Source: Vicinamibacterales bacterium (GTDB taxonomy: Bacteria > Acidobacteriota > Vicinamibacteria > Vicinamibacterales > UBA8438). Taken from it: a stretch of 64,000 nucleotides of DNA. The translations under genes were made by a program, and so were the position numbers. Shown piece after piece: positions 26,701 to 36,350 of the stretch. The stretch covers positions 836,965 through 900,964 of the forward strand of contig OZ244656.1 in assembly GCA_965218825.1 (NCBI GenBank), read 5' to 3'. The number at the start of each line of letters is the position of its first letter. The stretch's first letter is position 1. The notes under the pieces were generated by a model. That model searched no databases. It was not told the DNA's origin and saw nothing but the letters and a program-made list of their open reading frames with translations.

Positions 26701-27164
26701 CACCGGGCTGCGGAGGCTATCCGGGTTTTTTCCGGTGCGCCTGGGTGCTGGTTTTCCACACGCACGACCGAGCTACTACTTGTACGTAACTACTTGTACG
26801 TGAGGCGCTCCCAGTTTTCTTGGACACGGATTAAGGGAGAATCCGATGTCAAAGGAGATGGGGGGCATGGTTGGGTCGAGGCGAGTGAAGGGAGCTGTGT
26901 CGGCGCCGACCAGGACGGCAACTAAGCCAGCGCGGTGATGCTCCTATTCCTGAACCGCTCTGGGTCGCGGCCGGCCGTCGGCTGCTCTATGTCGGTGGTG
27001 GAAACCGGACGGCGGACGCCCGGACGGCTGTGGTCTTGACGGGCAGAAAGGCGTGCTCAAGCAGGGCGGAAGAGTTGTAGAGGTCTTGTAATGACGAGAC
27101 TCAACACCTAAAACCTGAATCGAACCGTATTCATCAGCGAAAACCTGTTTGCTTCGATACGACC

Positions 27165-28121
27165 ATGTTTAAAACACGAAACCTGTTGGATGCCATAGGC
27201 GCATCTGGACATGCGACGATGCAAAAAGAGTTTTGGCGTGCACGCCTAATGGACCCAGACCAAACGTTCTTTGACCAGTTTTCACAACCACCACAGGTGC
27301 TTTACAAATACATCCCTGCACATCGATTGGACGATGCTCTGCCTGACGAGAAGCCGTGTTCTTTCTGCGCTACGCCGCCCAACGAATTAAACGACATCAA
27401 TGAGATCAATTTTAAAACCTCGTTCGTTGATGACGAGAGGAATCGCGAGAACATCAATCGAGAGTACGCTTTAACCCTGACCGAACTATGCCCAACATCG
27501 CCAATCTCTGTCGATGATGTGGAAAGATATCGCCAGAAACATCCTCTTGGGTATGGAGCCGAACTGACCTGCGACCAGTTGTCGAAACGATACGGAGTCA
27601 CATCATTTTCGACTAGTAAAAATGATGTGAAAATGTGGTCGCATTACGCTGACGATTGCAGAGGCGTTGTCATTGGCTACAACGTCGACCGTTGGGTGAG
27701 GCACCTATTCGGCACTTCGATAATCAGACAGGTGAAATACGCGGATGACCTTCCTATAGTTATAGGCCCGCGCGTTGTCAACCAAGAAAACGCATATGCA
27801 TTCATGGCTAGCAAAGGAGCCGCTTGGGAGTATGAACAAGAGTGGCGCTTGATTACCGAATTGTCGAAAACACAGCAGTCTGGAAAGGATATTGCGGTCA
27901 TTACCGTCCCTCAAGAATCTGTGTCGTCCATCCTTATCACTGATCGCACTTCGCAGGACACAGTGGACATCATTGTTCGGCGGCTGAACAATCCGTCGAA
28001 CGACTATCGAATATGGTGGATTGACAAGATGCAAAGAGGGCGCGATGCGACCACATTAACCTTCATGGGACAGATGAAAACGCGCGCATCGAGCACGATA
28101 AGGCCTTGCTCCGAGTCATGA
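27165..28121 (+). CDS. DUF2971-like protein (318 aa)
   Basis: LYKYIPAHRL, KMWSHYADDCRGVVIGY and GAAWEYEQEWRLI match my recollection of DUF2971 hallmark motifs. Markedly AT-rich. Confidence 0.6.
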   Translation: MFKTRNLLDAIGASGHATMQKEFWRARLMDPDQTFFDQFSQPPQVLYKYIPAHRLDDALPDEKPCSFCATPPNELNDINEINFKTSFVDDERNRENINREYALTLTELCPTSPISVDDVERYRQKHPLGYGAELTCDQLSKRYGVTSFSTSKNDVKMWSHYADDCRGVVIGYNVDRWVRHLFGTSIIRQVKYADDLPIVIGPRVVNQENAYAFMASKGAAWEYEQEWRLITELSKTQQSGKDIAVITVPQESVSSILITDRTSQDTVDIIVRRLNNPSNDYRIWWIDKMQRGRDATTLTFMGQMKTRASSTIRPCSES

Positions 28122-28285
28122 CGGCGATAATGAAGGACGACACCCAGCTGTTCAAGCAGTTCCAGGACAACGAAGGTTTCAAGCGGTGGATGACCGATAC
28201 GGCATACGAACTCGTGCCTCGGCCTGTACAAAAGGGGGATTCCATGCCTTCGCACGATCGAGGGGCATATGGGAAGAATACCTGA
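28073..28285 (+). pseudogene. Type I restriction enzyme HsdR C-terminal tail remnant
   Basis: DENARIEHDKALLRVMTAIMKDDTQLFKQFQDNEGFKRWMTDTAYEL resembles the extreme C-terminus of HsdR proteins. No helicase or nuclease part is present. It overlaps the end of the DUF2971 ORF in another frame. Confidence 0.45.
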
Positions 28286-28425
28286 ATCGATATGGGGCAC
28301 GGCCCCATATTGTTCGGGACGTGGCGGCGACCGGGTGAGCGGCTCGAGGAATTCAATGAGCAACGAACAAGCAGCAAACGACACTTCCGCCAGCGCGTCG
28401 GGAGAGGCCAACCGACCGTTATTAC

Positions 28426-29589
28426 CTAACGATCCACACCTCTGCCTCGAATCACATTTGACAATCCCTCTTCGAGCCGACCGAGGCCAAAGAAGAAGTC
28501 GTCCGACTCCTCGTCTTCGTCCGGGGCCATGCGAGCATTCAGGACGGCTCTGAGCGCCAGGTTGTAGACGACGAGCGCCAAGTCAACCAAACGTGCTCGG
28601 TTGGCAGACCGGCCGAACCTAAGGTCAAGCTGCTCTACCGGATTGCCGTGGAGGAAGAGATTTCTCGCCCGGTACATGTTGTCGTAGATTCTCGCGGGCA
28701 GGGCTACCTTGTAGCTGTGGCTTCTGTGTTGAACGTTGAACCGCTTGCGTGTCAGTCTGGAGTTTGAAAGCTCGACTGCACCAATTGCCTCTTGCACTAG
28801 CCGCTTGTCGATGTTGTCTGTGTCGGAGCGGAGAAGCACTTCACATGCGCTGACCCAGAGGCCGATTCGAGTACCTATGTCGTTGATACTTGATAAGCCA
28901 TCACTCGGGAATCGGCCAGCCTGAAACCCGACTTCCAGCGACCGAAACAGCCTGAGCCACGGCTGCTGCGCTGGCTGTTCCAGGTAGTTCTCCTCCCACG
29001 CCCGGAGTAGTCGCTTCAAGAGCACCAGATCGACGTCAAGCGAGAACCCATCCGGCAGACCAATCTGGCTTGAGCACTGACCGGCGAAGTGTTCTACATC
29101 GTCATCCATGCCCCCGACGGGACCATCAAGGTTCTGGATCCACCCGTTCTTGGCAGCAACGAAGGATGAAAATAGGAAAAAGTCGCTGTAGAGGGGACGC
29201 CATTGCCCATTCCCCTCGCTGGCAAGCGCCAGGGCCATGGTGTGAGTAATGGTGGAAATCGCGCAAACATTTCTGAATGCGCGAAGCGCGTCAGCGGCGA
29301 GCAAGGGCCCTGGCGCGTCATGGCGAACCAGCAAGCATCCTGGCGAGTACGGTTTCTGAAACCAGTTCCGATACTGCGCGAGCATTCTCCGAGCCGTGTT
29401 GTCCGCCGGCGAATCGGCAACCATACTCAGACGCGGATCTGTCGCTGAACACAAGCACAGGTAGTCGGAGACGAACGGACTGGGGACGGGCGGATTCAGA
29501 TTCGGAAGAATGAAGAAGATGCACCATTCCGCGTCCGTGTGAGGCGATGTCTCCGGAACGACCTCAGCCATGAATGCTGTGTTGGTCAC
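28426..29589 (-). CDS. Hypothetical protein with a C-terminal HEPN-like Rx4H motif (387 aa)
   Basis: ..IYDNMYRARNLFLHGNPV.. (R-N-x3-H) in a predicted helical C-terminal region. No other motif recognised. Confidence 0.45.
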   Translation of the reverse strand: MTNTAFMAEVVPETSPHTDAEWCIFFILPNLNPPVPSPFVSDYLCLCSATDPRLSMVADSPADNTARRMLAQYRNWFQKPYSPGCLLVRHDAPGPLLAADALRAFRNVCAISTITHTMALALASEGNGQWRPLYSDFFLFSSFVAAKNGWIQNLDGPVGGMDDDVEHFAGQCSSQIGLPDGFSLDVDLVLLKRLLRAWEENYLEQPAQQPWLRLFRSLEVGFQAGRFPSDGLSSINDIGTRIGLWVSACEVLLRSDTDNIDKRLVQEAIGAVELSNSRLTRKRFNVQHRSHSYKVALPARIYDNMYRARNLFLHGNPVEQLDLRFGRSANRARLVDLALVVYNLALRAVLNARMAPDEDEESDDFFFGLGRLEEGLSNVIRGRGVDR

Positions 29590-29803
29590 ATTCCAAGGTC
29601 ATCAACCAGTTTTTTCGGAGTTCCTCCGAAGTACATCGTCGCATTACCGACTCCCCCATCAGTAGTACTGCCGGCTGTACCCGTAGGCCTTCTCGAACAG
29701 CTCCTGATCTTCTACGGTCGCGGGGGTGTGCCCACTTCAACGTCACCCGAGAGAGGGTTGAGTTCAGAAGGGACCGCTGACGACCAACAACAGAGCCGTC
29801 GCA

Positions 29804-30424
29804 TTATCGCTTATCCGTGAGACGCCAGAGAAACCACGCGGCGACGCTCCGAAGTGGACGCCACACTTCGGAGCGGGTCATGAGGAACTCCGGCGTTGGA
29901 CGCTCATCGAGCCCGTCCAGGACCCGAAGACCCTCCTGAACCCCGAGGTCGCCGCCAGGCATCACGTCGAGTCGACCAAGCTTGAAGATGAGAAACATCT
30001 GTGTCGTCCATTCTCCGATGCCCCAGACCGTTGTGAGCCTCCGGGTGACCTCATCGTCCGCAAGGCGCCCGATACTCCTCAGTCCGAGCTCCCCCCTCAC
30101 GGTCTTCTCCGCGAGATCCTTCAGCGCTCGCGCCTTATGCCCCGAGAGGCCAGCCCCTCGCAGCTCTTTGTCAGACAACGCCAATACGTGCTCGGGCACA
30201 GGGAAGCGGGGCCCCGGCGCCAGACTCCTGACACGACCGTAGATGGTGGCGGCAGCCACAGTCGCAAGCTGTTGGTAGATGATGGAACGGGCCAAGGCGT
30301 GGAAGTGCGAGCCGCGGAGCTTCCCGACCGGAAAATCTGGAAAGGGCGGGAGACCATTCATGGCCTTCGCGAGAACAGGATCCCGGCGCTTCAGCGCCCT
30401 CATCTCGGCCGTGGTTGGTTTCAT
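29804..30424 (-). CDS. DNA-3-methyladenine glycosylase II-like HhH-GPD protein (206 aa)
   Basis: LSGHKARALKDLA, TVWGIGEWTTQMFLIF, DVMPGGDLGVQEGL (HhH plus Gly/Pro-rich loop and catalytic Asp). Confidence 0.8.
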   Translation of the reverse strand: MKPTTAEMRALKRRDPVLAKAMNGLPPFPDFPVGKLRGSHFHALARSIIYQQLATVAAATIYGRVRSLAPGPRFPVPEHVLALSDKELRGAGLSGHKARALKDLAEKTVRGELGLRSIGRLADDEVTRRLTTVWGIGEWTTQMFLIFKLGRLDVMPGGDLGVQEGLRVLDGLDERPTPEFLMTRSEVWRPLRSVAAWFLWRLTDKR

Positions 30425-30969
30425 GACTCGCCGAGTTGCGTCAGGGGCACGACGTCCCCCCGTCTTCAGTAGCGGATCAGTCTAGGGAGCCGTTCGCCTT
30501 TGAGACGCGGGCGCGGACGCCGTCGGGCGCGCGCCGCTGTGTGTCGTATCCCGTGTCTGATTCTATGTCTTCAAGACGTCAAGCGAACGAGCATGGCACG
30601 GAGACCCGTTCTGGCAAGCCGGCAGCGGTCGACCCTGTTTTCCCTTCCGCCACGTGAGGCGGACCTGCGGCGTCACGACACTCTGCCTCCGACGCCAAAG
30701 GCGGAAGGAGGATTCCCCCGCAACCTATCTACCGAAGGTATTCTTTGGCGAGATATCCAATCTCACCGCAGGCTTGCGTCATTTCGGATGAGCCGGGGGG
30801 AGCGCGCCGAGCAGATCGACCTGCGTGTTGAACGCCCCACGATCAGATCGGCGAGCGCGCCTCTGGTCGTTGCTGGCGGTGCGCGCCTCCCCGAGAAACC
30901 GCGCCCACGCCCAGTGCCGGGCCTCCAGCGTGATGATGCTGTCGGTTCTTCGGGCAATATCGTGCAGGG

Positions 30970-31542
30970 TCATTTCACGACGCCTCTGCCGGTGAGCCGC
31001 GCCCAACGGTCCACCGACCCAGGTGAGGCCTCGACGGCGATCAGGCGCTGATGAATGCGCCCAACCGCCCGGCGCGCAGCGGCCGGCTTGGGATCGCCCG
31101 CCCAGAACAGCGCCTGATCGATGATGCTCTCCCAGCCCTCGAACAGCGTCATGCCTATGCCGAGGTCCCGCGACCACTCCGCAAGACTGGCACGGTCCAG
31201 CGGCGTTTGACCATCGGCGACCGCGACCACCGCGGCCTCGCGAACTCCCATGCTCACGCACTTGCTGCCGAAAATCTGAACGTCCGACATGGAGACGGGC
31301 TTGTCCCTGATCTCGAACGCCTTCTCCCAGACATCCGCAGCGTCGACCGCGCGCACGCAGACGTCTCCGGGATGCCTGCGGCTGGGATCGTTGACGCGTC
31401 CGCTCTCCACGCGCTCGGGACTCGCGAACGTGTCCATCAACCCGGCCACGACCGCCTGGGCGAGGCGCCCGCCCTCCGCCCCATCCCGCACAAGCGATTG
31501 GGAGCCGTCCGCCTCTGAGACGCGGGCGTAGCCGATCAGCAT
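30970..31542 (-). CDS. Hypothetical protein with a serine-recombinase-like first 17 residues (190 aa)
   Basis: MLIGYARVSEADGSQSL mimics a resolvase N-terminus, but the remainder shows no resolvase motifs. Confidence 0.4.
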   Translation of the reverse strand: MLIGYARVSEADGSQSLVRDGAEGGRLAQAVVAGLMDTFASPERVESGRVNDPSRRHPGDVCVRAVDAADVWEKAFEIRDKPVSMSDVQIFGSKCVSMGVREAAVVAVADGQTPLDRASLAEWSRDLGIGMTLFEGWESIIDQALFWAGDPKPAAARRAVGRIHQRLIAVEASPGSVDRWARLTGRGVVK

Positions 31543-31709
31543 GTGTCGTAAACAGTCGTTGGACTAAACCGCTTCGCGGTAGACGGTAAATCGATAACCC
31601 GATCGTAAGACGCGCATCCGGGTTGTCCTTCCGACTCGGCATCTCTACTCCTCCCATACGCTCCTCACCGACGTCTGGCATCCACCAGGCCCTTTCGAGA
31701 GGAGCCGTC

Positions 31710-32579
31710 ATGACCGCCCTTCGCCGACGCATGCTCGAGGACATGCAAGTTCGCCATCTCTCCGCAGGGACGCAGCAGGTGTACCTGCAGCACATGGCCC
31801 GCTTCGCGCGCGACTGCGGCCGATCACCCGCGGTGTTGGGACCGGAGGAGATTCGGGCCTACCAGCTCCATTTGACGAACGAGAAGCAGCTGACGCCGGC
31901 GACCCTGGTCATCGTGGTCTCGGCTCTGCGCGTCCTTTCTCGGGTCACGCTGCACAAGACGTGGTCGATCGAGGCCGTCATTCCTGCACCGAAGAAACCG
32001 CAGACGTTACCGGTCGTGCTCAGCCCGGCCGAAGTGGTGCGGCTACTCGATAGCGTGAAGAACCTCAAGCATCGCACCATCCTGACGACCTGCTACGCCG
32101 CCGGCCTTCGCATCTCGGAAGCCGTGCGGTTGACCGTGTCGGCGATTGACAGCCAGCGGATGGTGCTCCGCATCGTCCAAGGGAAAGGGCAGCGGGACCG
32201 GTATGTAATGCTCTCCCCGAAGCTGCTGGCGATGCTGCGCGACTGGTGGCGAGTCAGCCAGCCTCAGCACTGGCTCTTTCCCGGTCATCACCCCGAGCGC
32301 CCGACGACGAGCCGGGTCGTCGACCGCGCCTGCCGCCAGGCCCGTCGTCGCAGCGGTCTCTCTAAGCCGGTGACGCCGCATTCGCTCCGACACGCCTTCG
32401 CCGTGCACCTGTTGGAAGCCGGCACGGACGTCCGCACCATTCAACTGCTGCTGGGGCATCGCAGTCTGGCCACGACGGCCCGCTACCTGCGCATCGCCAC
32501 GACGACGGTCTGCTCGACTTCCAGCCCGCTCGACCTGCTCCCCCGTCCCGGGGCACACACTCCGCCGCCAACCGACTGA
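31710..32579 (+). CDS. Tyrosine recombinase (XerC/D-like), of the type found upstream of some IS91-family transposases
   Basis: RBS gagaggag upstream. LTTCYAAGLRISEAVRL, HSLRHAFAVHLLEAGTDVRTIQLLLGHRSLATTARY. Confidence 0.85.
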   Translation: MTALRRRMLEDMQVRHLSAGTQQVYLQHMARFARDCGRSPAVLGPEEIRAYQLHLTNEKQLTPATLVIVVSALRVLSRVTLHKTWSIEAVIPAPKKPQTLPVVLSPAEVVRLLDSVKNLKHRTILTTCYAAGLRISEAVRLTVSAIDSQRMVLRIVQGKGQRDRYVMLSPKLLAMLRDWWRVSQPQHWLFPGHHPERPTTSRVVDRACRQARRRSGLSKPVTPHSLRHAFAVHLLEAGTDVRTIQLLLGHRSLATTARYLRIATTTVCSTSSPLDLLPRPGAHTPPPTD

Positions 32580-32588
32580 GGGTGGCTC

Positions 32589-33797
32589 GTGGATCGTTCG
32601 ACGCTGGACGTGGCGGACGTCTTCCGTCAGTACGGCGACACCTCTCGCGCCGAGGCCGGGGGCTCACTCTCGACGGCCGAGCGACGCGTCATGACCGCGA
32701 TCGAGGAGTGCCGGACTGCCGCCCTGGGTGGCCACGTCGAGCCGTGTGACCAATGCGGGCATCAGCGGGTCTGGTACAACTCGTGTCGTAATCGCCATTG
32801 CCCGACGTGCCAGTCCCTGGCACGCGCCGCGTGGATCGACGCCCGCCGAGCGGACCTGCTCCCCGTCGACTACTTCCACGTCGTCTTCACGGTCCCCCCG
32901 GCGGTCGCTGCCATCGCCTACCAGAACAAGGCCGTCGTCTATGGCCTCCTCTTCCGGGCGGTCGCCGAGACGTTGCGGACCATCGCGGCGGATCCCCGCC
33001 ATCTGGGCGCTCAGATCGGGTTCTTTGCGGTGCTCCACACCTGGGGGCAGACCCTGGTGCATCATCCCCACCTCCACTGCGTGGTCCCCGGCGGGGGGCT
33101 CTCGCCCGATGGCACGCAGTGGGTGTCGTGCCGCCCCGGGTTCTTCCTCCCGGTCCGGGTGTTGTCCCGGCTCTTTCGCCGCCGGGTCTTAGACGCCGTG
33201 TGCGACGCGTTCGAGACGGGACAGCTGCACTTCGCCGGCTCGCTCGACGCCCTCAACGATCGGCAGCACGTTGCCGACCATCTCCAGCCCACCCGGCAGA
33301 CCGAGTGGGTGGTCTACGCGAAACCGCCCTTCGCCGGGCCCAACCAGGTGCTCGATTACGTCGGCCGGTACACGCATCGGATCGCCATCTCCAACCAGCG
33401 GCTCCTCGCCCTCGCCGCGGGACAGGTCCAGTTCCGCTACACCGACTACCGCCGTCCCCACGCACCGGGTCAGAAGACCATGACCCTGGCCGCGACGGAG
33501 TTCATCCGGCGCGTCCTCCTGCATGTGCTCCCGCGCGGCTTCCACCGCATGCGGTATTACGGCCTGCTCGCGAATCGGACACGGCACCAGCACGTGGCGC
33601 AGTGCCGACAGCTCCTCGGCGCTCGGTCAGCGACCCGGCCGGACGCCACCCCGGTGTCCATCGACTATCGGGATCGCTATCACGCCCTGACCGGACGGTC
33701 GTTGCGCCTCTGTCCCCGGTGTCACGACGGGCAGATGCAGCTCGTCGACGGCCTGGTCGCCACCGCTCGTCGCCCCGCGATTCTGGATTCGTCATGA
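32589..33797 (+). CDS. IS91-family Y2/HUH transposase (402 aa)
   Basis: CDQCGHQRVWYNSCRNRHCPTCQ, FAVLHTWGQTLVHHPHLHCVV, YVGRYTHRIAISN. Confidence 0.9.
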   Translation: MDRSTLDVADVFRQYGDTSRAEAGGSLSTAERRVMTAIEECRTAALGGHVEPCDQCGHQRVWYNSCRNRHCPTCQSLARAAWIDARRADLLPVDYFHVVFTVPPAVAAIAYQNKAVVYGLLFRAVAETLRTIAADPRHLGAQIGFFAVLHTWGQTLVHHPHLHCVVPGGGLSPDGTQWVSCRPGFFLPVRVLSRLFRRRVLDAVCDAFETGQLHFAGSLDALNDRQHVADHLQPTRQTEWVVYAKPPFAGPNQVLDYVGRYTHRIAISNQRLLALAAGQVQFRYTDYRRPHAPGQKTMTLAATEFIRRVLLHVLPRGFHRMRYYGLLANRTRHQHVAQCRQLLGARSATRPDATPVSIDYRDRYHALTGRSLRLCPRCHDGQMQLVDGLVATARRPAILDSS

Positions 33798-34511
33798 CCG
33801 CACACTTTTCGACGGCCGCCCGTGCCGACTTCACCGCGGCCAGCACCCGTGTCAGGAGTCGTGTGCGCGTTTCATCCACCACACCGGCACGGGCGGTCCG
33901 GCCACACCCCCTCGTCGGCTCCGCCCACGCACCCAGGGTCCACCGCCGTGCCACACGACCTGCTCACGGCATGCCTCCGACGATCGAATCCCCATAGACG
34001 GATCTCGCTGCGGTTTCGTCCAACCCGTTTTTTGTCTACCGTCGCGGCGGTGATCAGTGGGCCTCACCCCGGCGCCCTCGCGCCGCGGCGCCACACAAAA
34101 AACGCTCTGCGTTTGCGACACACCGGCAAAGACCCCTTCCAGCCAGCGCTGCTGTGTGTCGTATCCCGTGTCTGATTCTATGTCTTGCAGACGTCGAGCG
34201 CGTGTGCCCCCGACTGGGCCATGTTGCAGAAATATCTCGGGCGTGCCATCTAGATCCTGCGTGAGGGGGGCGGAGCGTTTTGAGCGGGCTTCCTCAAGAA
34301 TGGACTTGAACGACTTGATCAGGATCTCCCGCTATGCCTCGGCGGTGCCGAGGGCTCGCTGAATTACGTAACGCGCTCCCGGCTGAGCATTCTACTTCTG
34401 GTGGACTGATTGTAGACGGCCGGTCAGCCGAAGGTGGCATAGGACCAGCGTTGTGCACGACGCCACGCCCTCCGAGAAAGCCGCCACGCTCGAGGCAACT
34501 TCAGTCGAAAT

Positions 34512-35360
34512 CTAGTTTGCCAAGAACCTATCGATGGCCGAATGTGTCACTACTCTCGGAGCGGTTCTTCGCACGAGTCGCCGTTGACTTTTCAACCGAC
34601 CACTATCGTTCGCAAGGCCACTGAGCGCAAAGCACTCCAGCTTCAACACGCGGGCAAACGTCATCGCCAAATCGACCATTTGCTCCGTAGTTTCCAGCTG
34701 CTGACGCAAGTTGCCAGAAATCGAGGCCGGGAATTTCGTTGGATCCAAAGCAGCAGGAAAGGCCTGTGATGTCTCGAACGCGCAGAACATGTCATAGGTG
34801 ACTGCGTTCCTTGTGGTCGTTTGCCACACCAAGTCGGTCGGTGGCGTAAGGGCTCCAGCAAGACCCAGTGGGGCCCAAGGCCTGACCTTCGCCGCCGAAT
34901 CGTAAAAGAACGCCCAGAAAGCGCCGTGAGTCCCTGGTGCATGAGCCGGCAGTGGAGGGTTACGGGTGATCAGGAATTCTTGGCTATCCGGCATTTGCGC
35001 GAGAACGTCAATCACTGTTCTTTTGCCCTCGGTCTTCACATACCCACCAAACATCCCAAGAATAGCGTTTGCAGCGAAGAACGAAGAGTAGTACAGAGTC
35101 ACGTGTGCCCACGGCGCGGCTACAGGTACCAACATATCAAGGGCACGCCGATAATTGCTAGCTGAGTAGAGAAGCCAACGTTCAACGGAGCTCAATAGTG
35201 CGAGTCGGTAGGTATCAAAACGCGGCTCACCCTCACGAAGATGGGTCACTCTCTTGAAGTCCTCTACCACTACCTTTACAGAACGTGGGACGCCAGTCGG
35301 AGGCGTCGACAACGGTCTACAGAAATGCTCAGAACCAGGGTCTAGATCAAATAAGTTCAT
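34512..35360 (-). CDS. Hypothetical protein, possible degenerate HEPN-like partner of the DGQHR protein (282 aa)
   Basis: Helical pattern. ..HVTLYYSSFFAANAILG.. and ..TTTRNAVTYD.. (RN-x3-Y instead of RN-x3-H). Sits 9 bp downstream of the DGQHR gene. AT-richer than the flanks. Confidence 0.4.
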   Translation of the reverse strand: MNLFDLDPGSEHFCRPLSTPPTGVPRSVKVVVEDFKRVTHLREGEPRFDTYRLALLSSVERWLLYSASNYRRALDMLVPVAAPWAHVTLYYSSFFAANAILGMFGGYVKTEGKRTVIDVLAQMPDSQEFLITRNPPLPAHAPGTHGAFWAFFYDSAAKVRPWAPLGLAGALTPPTDLVWQTTTRNAVTYDMFCAFETSQAFPAALDPTKFPASISGNLRQQLETTEQMVDLAMTFARVLKLECFALSGLANDSGRLKSQRRLVRRTAPRVVTHSAIDRFLAN

Positions 35361-35369
35361 AGAAACCAG

Positions 35370-36350
35370 TCAATCGATAAAGACTTGCTTTGCAATCTCC
35401 TTGTAAAGGTCTCTCACACCAGCTGTGCCTTGCGCCCTGCGAACCGCCTCATCGGAAAGCGTCTCGGGTTTGATTTGTTTAAACATTTTTCGCAACGCTC
35501 GTGTTGTCAGTGTCTCGATCGGTCTGTCTTGCATCATCTTGTCGAGCACACGAATCATCGCCCGCAGGACACGAGCTCGGAAAAATGGTGATTTCGCATC
35601 ATCCCACTCATCTGGATTGAGCGATCGAATGGCCGTAAAGAATCGCACAAACAGAGCCAAGTAGTCGTCAAAGCCAGTGTCAGGAATCCTCTTCAGATGT
35701 CTCTTTAGAAGAGTTCTGATTTCAGGCGCCAACGAACCCTGCCTTATCGTCAGCGACCTACGTTCCGTATCCTCCCCCGTCAGATCGATCTGTCTCTCGG
35801 CAGCAAACGGACTCTCGTCTTCTGTCGCCAACGCGTAGACGATATCCGACGTCATTACCGTGGCCTGATCTTCGCTGCGGCGAGCAAGACGGTACAGGTC
35901 CCATCTCAGTGACGACGGAACTCGCCGTTGAGTGGCATTGATCTCCAAAAATAGCTCTGCCATCTGAGCTTCACTACGATTCATGTGAATCACACATGGG
36001 TAGAGACCTTCCACCTCAGAGTACTCCTGTGCGTACAGACGATGCTGACCATCTACAACCAGGAACTTCGAAGTCTGCGGTAGCATGAGGCAATTACTGA
36101 CCTGCTTAAACGTCTTTGCGGTGGTTGCAAGCACAATCGCGTTTGGAAAAGCTCTGCTCTCGTCCAACACCGTATGTGCGATCGCCTTCGCACGTGTTTT
36201 ATTGACGATGCGTTGAAAGCCCTTTTTGGGCTTCTTTATGCGCCAAGATGGCGTTGCATGGTCCAGGAGCCATTTTCCCGGCAGGGCAGTCAGGTAGATG
36301 TCTGGATCTGTCCGCAAGACAATAACCTGAGAATTCTTTGGGGGCGTCAT
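35370..36350 (-). CDS. DGQHR-domain (DndB-like, ParB/Srx superfamily) protein (326 aa)
   Basis: Literal motif FLVVDGQHRLYA. Upstream ..GFQRIVNKTRAKAIA.. as in DndB-type proteins. Confidence 0.75.
   Translation of the reverse strand: MTPPKNSQVIVLRTDPDIYLTALPGKWLLDHATPSWRIKKPKKGFQRIVNKTRAKAIAHTVLDESRAFPNAIVLATTAKTFKQVSNCLMLPQTSKFLVVDGQHRLYAQEYSEVEGLYPCVIHMNRSEAQMAELFLEINATQRRVPSSLRWDLYRLARRSEDQATVMTSDIVYALATEDESPFAAERQIDLTGEDTERRSLTIRQGSLAPEIRTLLKRHLKRIPDTGFDDYLALFVRFFTAIRSLNPDEWDDAKSPFFRARVLRAMIRVLDKMMQDRPIETLTTRALRKMFKQIKPETLSDEAVRRAQGTAGVRDLYKEIAKQVFID

Larger units (their letters stand above)
30536..34200 (+). mobile_element. Composite unit: passenger ORF, tyrosine recombinase and IS91-family transposase, bracketed by ~50-bp direct repeats
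   Basis: gctgtgtgtcgtatcccgtgtctgattctatgtctt(c/g)(a/c)agacgtc(a/g)agcg occurs at 30536-30585 and 34151-34200 in the same orientation, 3,615 bp apart. Confidence 0.6.
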
